In this document: positions 14,585 through 27,629 of the stretch, one piece after another
How the letters are laid out: each line of letters begins with the position of its first letter
Position numbering within the stretch: position 1 is the first letter of the stretch
Assembly (NCBI GenBank): GCA_964016885.1
Contig: OZ024762.1
Span: forward strand, 30,442,001-30,506,000
DNA: 64,000 nucleotides
Direction: 5' to 3'
Source: Eledone cirrhosa
Lineage: Eukaryota
Notes under the pieces: generated by a model
Databases searched by the model: none
What the model saw: the letters and a program-made list of their open reading frames with translations, nothing else
What the model was told of the DNA's origin: nothing
Program-made: the position numbers and the translations under genes

Positions 14585-16260
14585 TTAAGTCATGGTACTA
14601 GCTGTCAGAAGGAAATCCACTGTTGGTGAGAATTCATTTAAGTTCATGGTACTAGCTGTCAGAAGTAACTCCACTGTTGGTGAGAATTCATTTAAGTTCA
14701 TGGTACTAGCTGTCAGAAGTAACTCCACTGTTGGTGAGAATTCATTTAAGTTCATGGTACTAGCTGTCAGAAGTAACTCCACCGTTGGTGAGAATTCATT
14801 TAAGTTCATGGTATTAGCTGTCAGAAGTCACTCCACTGTTGGTGAGAATTCATTTAAGTTCATGGTATTAGCTGTCAGAAGGAACTCCACTGTTGGTGAG
14901 AATTCATTTAAGTTCATGGTATTAGCTGTCAGAAGTAACTCCACTGTTGGTGAGAATTCATTCATTTAATTTCATGGTATTAGCTGTCAGAAGTAACTCC
15001 ACTGTTGGTGAGAATTCATTTAAGTTCATGGTACTAGCTGTCAGAAGTAACTCCACTGTTGGTGAGAATTCATTTAAGTTCATGGTACTAGCTGTCAGAA
15101 GTAACTCCACTGTTGGTGAGAATTCATTTAAGTTCATGGTACTAGCTGTCAGAAGTAAGCCCAATGTTGGTGAGAATTCATTTAAGTTCATGGTATTAGC
15201 TGTCAGAAGTCACTCCACTGTTGGTAAGAATTCATTTAAGTTCATGGTATTAGCTGTCAGAAGTAACTCCACTGTTGGAGAGAATTCATTTAAGTTCATG
15301 GTATTTGCTGTCAGAAGTAACTCCACTGTTGGTGAGAATTCATTTAAGTTCATGGTACTAGCTGTCAGAAGTAACTCCACTGTTGGTGAGAATTCATTTA
15401 AGTTCATGGTATTAGCTGTCAGAAGTAACTCCACTGTTGGTGAGAATTCATTTAAGTCATGGTATTAGCTGTCAGAAGTAACTACATTGTTGGTGAGAAT
15501 TCATTTAAGTCATGGTACTAGCTGTCAGAAGTAACTCCACTGTTGGTGAGAATTCATTTAAGTTCGTGGTACTAGCTGTCAGAAGGAACTCCACTGTTGG
15601 TGAGAATTCATTTAAGTTCATGTTATTAGCTGTCAGAAGTAACTCCAATGTTGGTGAGAATTCATTTAAGTCATGGTACTAGCTGTCAGAAGGAACTCCA
15701 CTGTTGGTGAGAATTCATTTAAGTTCATGGTATTAGCTGTCAGAAGGAACTCCACTGTTGGTGAGAATTCATTTAAGTTCATGGTATTAGCTGTCAGAAG
15801 TAACTCCAATGTTGGTGAGAATTCATTTAAGTTTATGGTATTAGCTGTCAGAAGTAACTCCACTGTTGGTGAGAATTCATTTAAGTTCATGGTACTAGCT
15901 GTCAGAAGTAACTCCACTGTTGGTGAGAATTCTTTTAAGTTCATGGTACTAGCTGTCAGAAGTAACTCCACTGTTGGTGAGAATTCATTTAAGTTCATGG
16001 TACTAGCTGTCAGAAGTAACCCCAATGTTGGTGAGAATTCATTTAAGTTCATGGTATTAGCTGTCAGAAGTCACTCCACTGTTGGTGAGAATTCATTTAA
16101 GTTCATGGTATTAGCTGTCAGAAGTAACTCCACTGTTGGTGAGAATTCATTTAAGTTCATGGTATTAGCTGTCAGAAGTAACTCCACTGTTGGTGAGAAT
16201 TCATTTAAGTTCATGGTATTAGCTGTCAGAAGGAACTCCACTGTTGGTGAGAATTCATTT
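14585..16260. repeat. Second copy of block about 8390-10060 (offset about 6195 bp)
   Basis: Same ordered rare variants in both blocks: CATT insertion (8762/14957), ggtaagaat, ggagagaat, actacatt, ttcgtgg, atgttatt, gtttatgg, ttctttt. Confidence 0.85.
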
Positions 16261-18089
16261 AAGTTCATGGTATTAGCTGTCAGAAGTAACTCCACTGTTG
16301 GTGAGAATTCATTTAAGTTCATGGTACTAGCTGTCAGAAGTAACTCCACTGTTGGTGAGAATTCATTTAAGTTCATGGTACTAGCTGTCAGAAGGAACTC
16401 CACTGTTGGTGAGAATTCATTTAAGTTCATGGTATTAGCTGTCAGAAGTAACTCCAATGTTGGTGAGAATTCATTTAAGTCATGGTACTAGCTGTCAGAA
16501 GTAACTCCACTGTTGGTGAGAATTCATTTAATTTCATGGTATTAGCTGTCAGAAGGAACTCCACTGTTGGTGAGAATTCATTTAAGTTCATGGTATTAGC
16601 TGTCAGAAGTAACTCCAATGTTGGTGAGAATTCATTTAAGTTCATGGTATTAGCTGTCAGAAGTAACTCCACTGTTGGTGAGAATTCATTTAAGTTCAAG
16701 GTACTAGCTGTCAGAAGTAACCCCAATGTTGGTGAGAATTCATTTAAGTTCATGGTATTAGCTGTCAGAAGTAACTCCACTGTTGGTGAGAATTCATTTA
16801 AGTTCATGGTACTAGCTGTCAGAAGTAACTCCACTGTTGGTGAGAATTCATTTAAGTTCATGGTACTAGCTGTCTGAAGTAACTCCACTGTTGGTGAGAA
16901 TTCATTTAAGTTCATGGTACTAGCTGTCAGAAGTAACTCCAATGTTGGTGAGAATTCATTTAGGTCATGGTACTAGCTGTCAGAAGTAACTCCACTGTTG
17001 GTGAGAATTCATTAAGTTCATGGTATTAGCTGTCAGAAGGAACTCCACTGTTGGTGAGAATTCATTTAAGTTCATGGTATTAGCTGTCAGAAGTAACTCC
17101 ACTGTTGGTGAGAATTCATTTAAGTTCATGGAACTAGCTGTCAGAAGTAACTCCACTGTTGGTGAGAATTCATTTAAATTCATGGTATTAGCTGTCAGAA
17201 GTAACTCCACTGTTGGTGAGAATTCATTTAAGTTCATGGTATAAGCTGTCAGAAGTAACTCCACTGTTGGTGAGAATTCATTTAAGTTCATGGTATTAGC
17301 TGTCAGAAGGAACTCCAATGTTGGTGAGAATTCATTTAAGTTCATGGTATTAGCTGTCAGAAGGAAAGCCACTGTTGGTGAGAATTCATTTAAGTCATGG
17401 TATTAGCAGTCAGAAGTAACTCCATTGTTGGTGAGAATTCATTTAAGTCGTGGTACTAGCTGTCAGAAGTAACTCCACTGTTGGTGAGAATTCATTTAAG
17501 TTCATGGTATTAGCTGTCAGAAGGAACTCCACTGTTGGTGAGAATTCATTTAAGTTCATGGTATTAGCTGTCAGAAGTAACTCCACTGTTGGTGAGAATT
17601 CATTTAAGTTCATGGTACTAGCTGTCAGAAGTAACTCCACTGTTGGTGAGAATTCATTTAAGTTCATGGTACTAGCTGTCAGAAGGAACGCCACTGTTGG
17701 TGAGAATTCATTTAAGTCATGGTATTAGCTGTCAGAAGTAACTCCATTGTTGGTGGGCATTCATTTAAGTCATGGTACTAGCTGTCAGAAGTAACTCCAC
17801 TGTTGGTGAGAATTCATTTAAGTTCATGGTATTAGCTGTCAGAAGGAACTCCACTGTTGGTGAGAATTCATTTAAGTTCATGGTATTAGCTGTCAGAAGT
17901 AACTCCACTGTTGGTGAGAATTCATTTAAGTTCATGGTACTAGCTGTCAGAAGTAACTCCACTGTTGGTGAGAATTCATTTAAGTTCATGGTACTAGCTG
18001 TCAGAAGGAACTCCACTGTTGGTGAGAATTCATTTAAGTTCATGGTATTAGCTGTCAGAAGTAACTCCACTGTTGGTGAGAATTCATAT

Positions 18090-21000
18090 AAGTTCATGGT
18101 ATTAGCTGTCAGAAGTAACTCCACTGTTGGTGAGAATTCATTTAAGTTCATGGTACTAGCTGTCAGAAGTAACTCCACTGTTGGTGAGAATTCATTTAAG
18201 TTCATGGTACTAGCTGTCAGAAGTAACTCCACTGTTGGTGAGAATTCATTTAAGTTCATGGTACTAGCCGTCAGAAGTAACTCCAATGTTGGTGAGAATT
18301 CAGTTAAGTTCATGGTATTAGTTGTCAGAAGTAACTCCACTGTTGGTGAGAATTCGTTTAAGTCATGGTATTAGCTGTCAGAAGTAACTCCATTGTTGGT
18401 GAGAATTCATTTAAGTTCATGGTACTACCTGTCAGAAGTAACTCCACTGTTGGTGAGAATTCATTTAAGTTCATGGTACTAGCTGTCAGAAGTAACTCCA
18501 CTGTTGGTGAGAATTCATTTAAGTTCATGGTACTAGCCGTCAGAAGTAACTCCAATGTTGGTGAGAATTCAGTTAAGTTCATGGTATTAGCTGTCAGAAG
18601 TAACTCCACTGTTGGTGAGAATTCATTTAAGTTCATGGTACTAGCTGTCAGAAGTAACTCCACTGTTGGTGAGAATTCATTTAAGTTCATGGTACTAGCT
18701 GTCAGAAGTAACCCCAATGTTGGTGAGAATTCATTTACGTTCATGGTATTAGCTGTCAGAAGTCACTCCACTGTTGGTGAGAATTCATTTAAGTTCATGG
18801 TATTAGCTGTCAGAAGTAACTCCAATGTTGGTGAGAATTCATTTAAGTTCATGGTATTAGCTGTCAGAAGTAACTCCACTGTTGGTGAGAATTCATTTAA
18901 GTTCATGGTATTAGCTGTCAGAAGGAACTCCAATGTTGGTGAGAATTCATTTAAGTTCATGGTATTAGCTGTCAGAAGGAACGCCACTGTTGGTGAGAAT
19001 TCATTTAAGTCATGGTATTAGCTGTCAGAAGTAACTCCATTGTTGGTGGGCATTCATTTAAGTCATGGTACTAGCTGTCAGAAGTAACTCCACTGTTGGT
19101 GAGAATTCATTTAAGTTCATGGTATTAGCTGTCAGAAGGAACTCCACTGTTGGTGAGAATTCATTTAAGTTCATGGTATTAGCTGTCAGAAGTAACTCCA
19201 CTGTTGGTGAGAATTCATTTAAGTTCATGGTACTAGCTGTCAGAAGTAACTCCACTGTTGGTGAGAATTCATTTAAGTTCATGGTACTAGCTGTCAGAAG
19301 GAACTCCACTGTTGGTGAGAATTCATTTAAGTTCATGGTATTAGCTGTCAGAAGTAACTCCAATGTTGGTGAGAATTCATTTAAGTCATGGTACTAGCTG
19401 TCAGAAGTAACTCCACTGTTGGTGAGAATTCATTTAAGTTCATGGTATTAGCTGTCAGAAGGAACTCCACTGTTGGTGAGAATTCATTTAAGTTCATGGT
19501 ATTAGCTGTCAGAAGTAACTCCACTGTTGGTGAGAATTCATTTAAGTTCACGGTACTAGCTGTCAGAAGTAACTCCAATGTTGGTGAGAATTCATATAAG
19601 TTCATGGTATTAGCTGTCAGAAGTAACTCCACTGTTGGTGAGAATTCATTTAAGTTCATGGTACTAGCTGTCAGAAGTAACTCCACTGTTGGTGAGAATT
19701 CATTTAAGTTCACGGTACTAGCTGTCAGAAGTAACTCCAATGTTGGTGAGAATTCATATAAGTTCATGGTATTAGCTGTCAGAAGTAATTCCACTGTTGG
19801 TGAGAATTCATTTAAGTTCATGGTACTAGCTGTCAGAAGTAACTCCACTGTTGGTGAGAATTCATTTAAGTTCATGGTACTAGCTGTCAGAAGTAACTCC
19901 ACTGTTGGTGAGAATTCATTTAAGTTCATGGTACTAGCCGTCAGAAGTAACTCCAATGTTGGTGAGAATTCAGTTAAGTTCATGGTATTAGTTGTCAGAA
20001 GTAACTCCACTGTTGGTGAGAATTCGTTTAAGTCATGGTATTAGCTGTCAGAAGTAACTCCATTGTTGGTGAGAATTCATTTAAGTTCATGGTACTAGCT
20101 GTCAGAAGTAACTCCACTGTTGGTGAGAATTCATTTAAGTTCATGGTACTAGCTGTCAGAAGTAACTCCACTGTTGGTGAGAATTCATTTAAGTTCATGG
20201 TACTAGCTGTCAGAAGTAACTCCACTGTTGGTGAGAATTCATTTAAGTTCATGGTACTAGCTGTCTGAAGTAGCTCCACTGTTGGTGAGAATTCATTTAA
20301 GTTCATGGTACTAGCTGTCAGAAGTAACTCCAATGTTGGTGAGAATTCATTTAGGTCATGGTACTAGCTGTCAGAAGTAACTCCACTGTTGGTGAGAATT
20401 CATTTAAGTTCATGGTATTAGCTGTCAGAAGGAACTCCACTGTTGGTGAGAATTCATTTAAGTTCATGGTATTAGCTGTCAGAAGTAACTCCACTGTTGG
20501 TGAGAATTCATTTAAGTTCATGGTACTAGCTGTCAGAAGGAACTCCAATGTTGGTGAGAATTCATTTAAGTTCATGGTATTAGCTGTCAGAAGTAACTCC
20601 ACTGTTGGTGAGAATTCATTTAAGTTCATGGTATTAGCTGTCAGAAGTAACTCCACTGTTGGTGAGAATTCATTTAAGTTCATGGTACTAGCTGTCAGAA
20701 GTAACTCCACTGTTGGTGAGAATTCATTTAAGTTCATGGTACTAGCTGTCAGAAGTAACCCCAATGTTGGTGAGAATTTAATTACGTTCATGGTATTAGC
20801 TGTCAGAAGTCACTCCACTGTTGCTGAGAATTCATTTAAGTTCATGGTATTAGCTGTCAGAAGTAACTCCACTGTTGGTGAGAATTCATATAAGTTCGTG
20901 GTATTAGCTGTCAGAAGTAACTCCACTGTTGGTGAGAATTCATTTAAGTTCATGGTACTAGCTGTCAGAAGTAACTCCACTGTTGGTGAGAATTCATTTA

Positions 21001-23460
21001 AGTTCATGGTACTAGCTGTCAGAAGTAACTCCACTGTTGGTGAGAATTCATTTAAGTTCATGGTACTAGCCGTCAGAAGTAACTCCAATGTTGGTGAGAA
21101 TTCAGTTAAGTTCATGGTATTAGTTGTCAGAAGTAACTCCACTGTTGGTGAGAATTCGTTTAAGTCATGGTATTAGCTGTCAGAAGTAACTCCATTGTTG
21201 GTGAGAATTCATTTAAGTTCATGGTACTAGCTGTCAGAAGTAACTCCACTGTTGGTGAGAATTCATTTAAGTTCATGGTACTAGCTGTCAGAAGTAACTC
21301 CACTGTTGGTGAGAATTCATTTAAGTTCATGGTACTAGCCGTCAGAAGTAACTCCAATGTTGGTGAGAATTCAGTTAAGTTCATGGTATTAGCTGTCAGA
21401 AGTAACTCCACTGTTGGTGAGAATTCATTTAAGTTCATGGTACTAGCTGTCAGAAGTAACTCCACTGTTGGTGAGAATTCATTTAAGTTCATGGTACTAG
21501 CTGTCAGAAGTAACCCCAATGTTGGTGAGAATTCATTTACGTTCATGGTATTAGCTGTCAGAAGTCACTCCACTGTTGGTGAGAATTCATTTAAGTTCAT
21601 GGTATTAGCTGTCAGAAGTAACTCCAATGTTGGTGAGAATTCATTTAAGTTCATGGTATTAGCTGTCAGAAGTAACTCCACTGTTGGTGAGAATTCATTT
21701 AAGTTCATGGTATTAGCTGTCAGAAGGAACTCCAATGTTGGTGAGAATTCATTTAAGTTCATGGTATTAGCTGTCAGAAGGAACGCCACTGTTGGTGAGA
21801 ATTCATTTAAGTCATGGTATTAGCTGTCAGAAGTAACTCCATTGTTGGTGGGCATTCATTTAAGTCATGGTACTAGCTGTCAGAAGTAACTCCACTGTTG
21901 GTGAGAATTCATTTAAGTTCATGGTATTAGCTGTCAGAAGGAACTCCACTGTTGGTGAGAATTCATTTAAGTTCATGGTACTAGCTGTCAGAAGTAACTC
22001 CACTGTTGGTGAGAATTCATTTAAGTTCATGGTACTAGCTGTCAGAAGTAACTCCACTGTTGGTGAGAATTCATTTAAGTTCATGGTACTAGCTGTCAGA
22101 AGGAACTCCACTGTTGGTGAGAATTCATTTAAGTTCATGGTATTAGCTGTCAGAAGTAACTCCAATGTTGGTGAGAATTCATTTAAGTCATGGTACTAGC
22201 TGTCAGAAGTAACTCCACTGTTGGTGAGAATTCATTTAAGTTCATGGTATTAGCTGTCAGAAGGAACTCCACTGTTGGTGAGAATTCATTTAAGTTCATG
22301 GTATTAGCTGTCAGAAGTAACTCCACTGTTGGTGAGAATTCATTTAAGTTCACGGTACTAGCAGTCAGAAGTAACTCCAATGTTGGTGAGAATTCATATA
22401 AGTTCATGGTATTAGCTGTCAGAAGTAACTCCACTGTTGGTGAGAATTCATTTAAGTTCATGGTACTAGCTGTCAGAAGTAACTCCACTGTTGGTGAGAA
22501 TTCATTTAAGTTCACGGTACTAGCTGTCAGAAGTAACTCCAATGTTGGTGAGAATTCATATAAGTTCATGGTATTAGCTGTCAGAAGTAACTCCACTGTT
22601 GGTGAGAATTCATTTAAGTTCATGGTACTAGCTGTCAGAAGTAACTCCACTGTTGGTGAGAATTCATTTAAGTTCATGGTACTAGCTGTCAGAAGTAACT
22701 CCACTGTTGGTGAGAATTCATTTAAGTTCATGGTACTAGCCGTCAGAAGTAACTCCAATGTTGGTGAGAATTCAGTTAAGTTCATGGTATTAGTTGTCAG
22801 AAGTAACTCCACTGTTGGTGAGAATTCGTTTAAGTCATGGTATTAGCTGTCAGAAGTAACTCCATTGTTGCTGAGAATTCATTTAAGTTCATGGTACTAG
22901 CTGTCAGAAGTAACTCCACTGTTGGTGAGAATTCATTTAAGTTCATGGTACTAGCTGTCAGAAGTAACTCCACTGTTGGTGAGAATTCATTTAAGTTCAT
23001 GGTACTAGCTGTCAGAAGTAACTCCACTGTTGGTGAGAATTCATTTAAGTTCATGGTACTAGCTGTCAGAAGTAACTCCACTGTTGGTGAGAATTCATTT
23101 AAGTTCATGGTACTAGCTGTCTGCAGTAACTCCACTGTTGGTGAGAATTCATTTAAGTTCATGGTACTAGCTGTCAGAAGTAACTCCAATGTTGGTGAGA
23201 ATTCATTTAGGTCATGGTACTAGCTGTCAGAAGTAACTCCACTGTTGGTGAGAATTCATTTAAGTTCATGGTATTAGCTGTCAGAAGGAACTCCACTGTT
23301 GGTGAGAATTCATTTAAGTTCATGGTATTAGCTGTCAGAAGTAACTCCACTGTTGGGGAGAATTCATTTAAGTTCATGGTACTAGCTGTCAGAAGGAACT
23401 CCAATGTTGGTGAGAATTCATTTAAGTTCATGGTATTAGCTGTCAGAAGTAACTCCACTG
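18090..23460. repeat. 52-monomer (2802-bp) higher-order repeat, about two tandem units
   Basis: ORF pairs 18365/21167, 19065/21867, 19388/22190 and 20035/22837 are offset by 2802 (=52x54-6). The gggcattc marker is at 19048 and 21850. Confidence 0.88.
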
Positions 23461-26400
23461 TTGGTGAGAATTCATTTAAGTTCATGCTACTAGCTGTCAG
23501 AAGTAACTCCACTGTTGGTGAGAATTCATTTAAGTTCATGGTTTTAGCTGTCAGAAGGAACTCCACTGTTGGTGAGAATTCATTTAAGTTCATGGTACTA
23601 GCTGTCAGAAGTAACTCCACTGTTGGTGAGAATTCATTTAAGTTCATGGTACTAGCTGTCAGAAGGAATCCACTGTTGGTGAGAATTCATTTAAGTTCAT
23701 GGTATTAGCTGTCAGAAGTAACTCCAATGTTGGTGAGAATTCATTTAAGTCATGGTACTAGCTGTCAGAAGTAACTCCACTGTTGGTGAGAATTCATATA
23801 AGTTCATGGTATTAGCTGTCAGAAGTCACTCCAATGTTGGTGAGAATTCATTTAAGTTCATGGTACTAGCTGTCAGAAGTAACTCCACCGTTGGTGAGAA
23901 TTCATTTAAGTTCATGGTATTAGCTGTCAGAAGTAACTCCACTGTTGGTGAGAATTCATTTAAGTCATGGTACTAGCTGTCAGAAGTAACTCCACTGTTG
24001 GTGAGAATTCATTTAAGTTCATGGTATTAGCTGTCAGAAGGAACTCCACTGTTGGTGAGAATTCATTTAAGTTCATGGTATTAGCCGTCAGAAGTAACTC
24101 CACTGTTGGTGAGAATTTATTTAAGTTCATGGTACTAGCTGTCAGAAGTAACTCCACTGTTGGTGAGAATTCATTTAAGTTCATGGTACTAGCTGTCAGA
24201 ATGAACTCCACTGTTGGTGAGAATTCATTTAAGTTCATGGTATTAGCTGTCAGAAGTAACTCCAATGTTGGTGAGAATTCATTTAAGTCATGGTACTAGC
24301 TGTCAGAAGTAACTCCACTGTTGGTGAGAATTCATTTAAGTTCATGGTATTAGCTGTCAGAAGGAACTCCACTGTTGGTGAGAATTCATTTAAGTTCATG
24401 GTATTAGCTGTCAGAAGTAACTCCAATGTTGGTGAGAATTCATTTAAGTTCATGGTATTAGCTGTCAGAAGTAACTCCACTGTTGGTGAGAATTCATTTA
24501 AGTTCATGGTACTAGCTGTCAGAAGTAACTCCACTGTTGGTGAGAATTCATTTAAGTTCATGGTACTAGCTGTCAGAAGGAACTCCACTGTTGGTGAGAA
24601 TTCATTTAAGTTCATGGTACTAGCTGTCAGAAGTAACTCCACTGTTGGTGAGAATTCATTTAAGTTCATGGTATTAGCTGTCAGAAGGAACTCCACTGTT
24701 GGTGAGAATTCATTTAAGTTCATGGTATTAGCTGTCAGAAGTAACTCCAATGTTGGTGAGAATTCATTTAAGTTCATGGTACTAGCTGTCAGAAGTAACT
24801 CCACTGTTGGTGAGAATTCATTTAAGTTCATGGTACTAGCTGTCAGAAGTAACTCCACTGTTGGTGAGAATTCATTTAAGTTCATGGTACTAGCTGTCAG
24901 AAGGAATCCACTGTTGGTGAGAATTCATTTAAGTTCATGGTATTAGCTGTCAGAAGTAACTCCAATGTTGGTGAGAATTCATTTAAGTCATGGTACTAGC
25001 TGTCAGAAGTAACTCCACTGTTGGTGAGAATTCATATAAGTTCATGGTATTAGCTGTCAGAAGGAACTCCACTGTTGGTGAGAATTCATTTAAGTTCATG
25101 GTATTAGCTGTCAGAAGTAACTCCAATGTTGGTGAGAATTCATTTAAGTTCATGGTATTAGCTGTCAGAAGTAACTCCACTGTTGGTGAGAATTCATTTA
25201 AGTTCATGGTATTAGCTGTCAGAAGTAACTCCACTGTTGGTGAGAATTCATTTAAGTTCATGGTATTAGCTGTCAGAAGGAACTCCACTGTTGGTGAGAA
25301 TTCATTTAAGTTCATGGTATTAGCTGTCAGAAGTAACTCCACTGTTGGTGAGAATTCATTTAAGTTCATGGTACTAGCTGTCAGAAGTAACTCCACTGTT
25401 GGTGAGAATTCATTTAAGTTCATGGTACTAGCTGTCAGAAGGAACTCCACTGTTGGTGAGAATTCATTTAAGTTCATGGTATTAGCTGTCAGAAGTAACT
25501 CCACTGTTGGTGAGAATTCATATAAGTTCATGGTATTAGCTGTCAGAAGTAACTCCACTGTTGGTGAGAATTCATTTAAGTTCATGGTACTAGCTGTCAG
25601 AAGTAACTCCACTGTTGGTGAGAATTCATTTAAGTTCATGGTACTAGCTGTCAGAAGTAACTCCACTGTTGGTGAGAATTCATTTAAGTTCATGGTACTA
25701 GCCGTCAGAAGTAACTCCAATGTTGGTGAGAATTCAGTTAAGTTCATGGTATTAGTTGTCAGAAGTAACTCCACTGTTGGTGAGAATTCGTTTAAGTCAT
25801 GGTATTAGCTGTCAGAAGTAACTCCATTGTTGGTGAGAATTCATTTAAGTTCATGGTACTAGCTGTCAGAAGTAACTCCACTGTTGGTGAGAATTCATTT
25901 AAGTTCATGGTACTAGCTGTCAGAAGTAACTCCACTGTTGGTGAGAATTCATTTAAGTTCATGGTACTAGCCGTCAGAAGTAACTCCAATGTTGGTGAAA
26001 ATTCAGTTAAGTTCATGGTATTAGTTGTCAGAAGTAACTCCACTGTTGGTGAGAATTCGTTTAAGTCATGGTATTAGCTGTCAGAAGTAACTCCATTGTT
26101 GCTGAGAATTCATTTAAGTTCATGGTACTAGCTGTCAGAAGTAACTCCACTGTTGGTGAGAATTCATTTAAGTTCATGGTACTAGCTGTCAGAAGTAACT
26201 CCACTGTTGGTGAGAATTCATTTAAGTTCATGGTACTAGCTGTCAGAAGTAACTCCACTGTTGGTGAGAATTCATTTAAGTTCATGGTACTAGCTGTCAG
26301 AAGTAACTCCACTGTTGGTGAGAATTCATTTAAGTTCATGGTACTAGCTGTCTGCAGTAACTCCACTGTTGGTGAGAATTCATTTAAGTTCATGGTACTA

Positions 26401-27629
26401 GCTGTCAGAAGTAACTCCAATGTTGGTGAGAATTCATTTAGGTCATGGTACTAGCTGTCAGAAGTAACTCCACTGTTGGTGAGAATTCATTTAAGTTCAT
26501 GGTATTAGCTGTCAGAAGGAACTCCACTGTTGGTGAGAATTCATTTAAGTTCATGGTATTAGCTGTCAGAAGTAACTCCACTGTTGGGGAGAATTCATTT
26601 AAGTTCATGGTACTAGCTGTCAGAAGGAACTCCAATGTTGGTGAGAATTCATTTAAGTTCATGGTATTAGCTGTCAGAAGTAACTCCACTGTTGGTGAGA
26701 ATTCATTTAAGTTCATGGTATTAGCTGTCAGAAGTAACTCCACTGTTGGTGAGAATTCATTTAAGTTCATGGTACTAGCTGTCAGAAGTAACTCCACTGT
26801 TGGTGAGAATTCATTTAAGTTCATGGTACTAGCCGTCAGAAGTAACCCCAATGTTGGTGAGAATTCATTTACGTTCATGGTATTAGCTGTCAGAAGTCAC
26901 TCCACTGTTGGTGAGAATTCATTTAAGTTCATGGTATTAGCTGTCAGAAGTAACTCCAATGTTGGTGAGAATTCATTTAAGTTCATGGTATTAGCTGTCA
27001 GAAGGAACGCCACTGTTGGTGAGAATTCATTTAAGTCATGGTATTAGCTGTCAGAAGTAACTCCATTGTTGGTGGGCATTCATTTAAGTCATGGTACTAG
27101 CTGTCAGAAGTAACTCCACTGTTGGTGAGAATTCATTTAAGTTCATGGTATTAGCTGTCAGAAGGAACTCCACTGTTGGTGAGAATTCATTTAAGTTCAT
27201 GGTATTAGCTGTCAGAAGTAACTCCACTGTTGGTGAGAATTCATTTAAGTTCATGGTACTAGCTGTCAGAAGTAACTCCACTGTTGGTGAGAATTCATTT
27301 AAGTTCATGGTACTAGCTGTCAGAAGGAACTCCACTGTTGGTGAGAATTCATTTAAGTTCATGGTATTAGCTGTCAGAAGTAACTCCACTGTTGGTGAGA
27401 ATTCATATAAGTTCATGGTATTAGCTGTCAGAAGTAACTCCACTGTTGGTGAGAATTCATTTAAGTTCATGGTACTAGCTGTCAGAAGTAACTCCACTGT
27501 TGGTGAGAATTCATTTAAGTTCATGGTACTAGCTGTCAGAAGTAACTCCACTGTTGGTGAGAATTCATTTAAGTTCATGGTATTAGCTGTCAGAAGGAAC
27601 TCCACTGTTGGTGAGAATTCATTTAAGTT

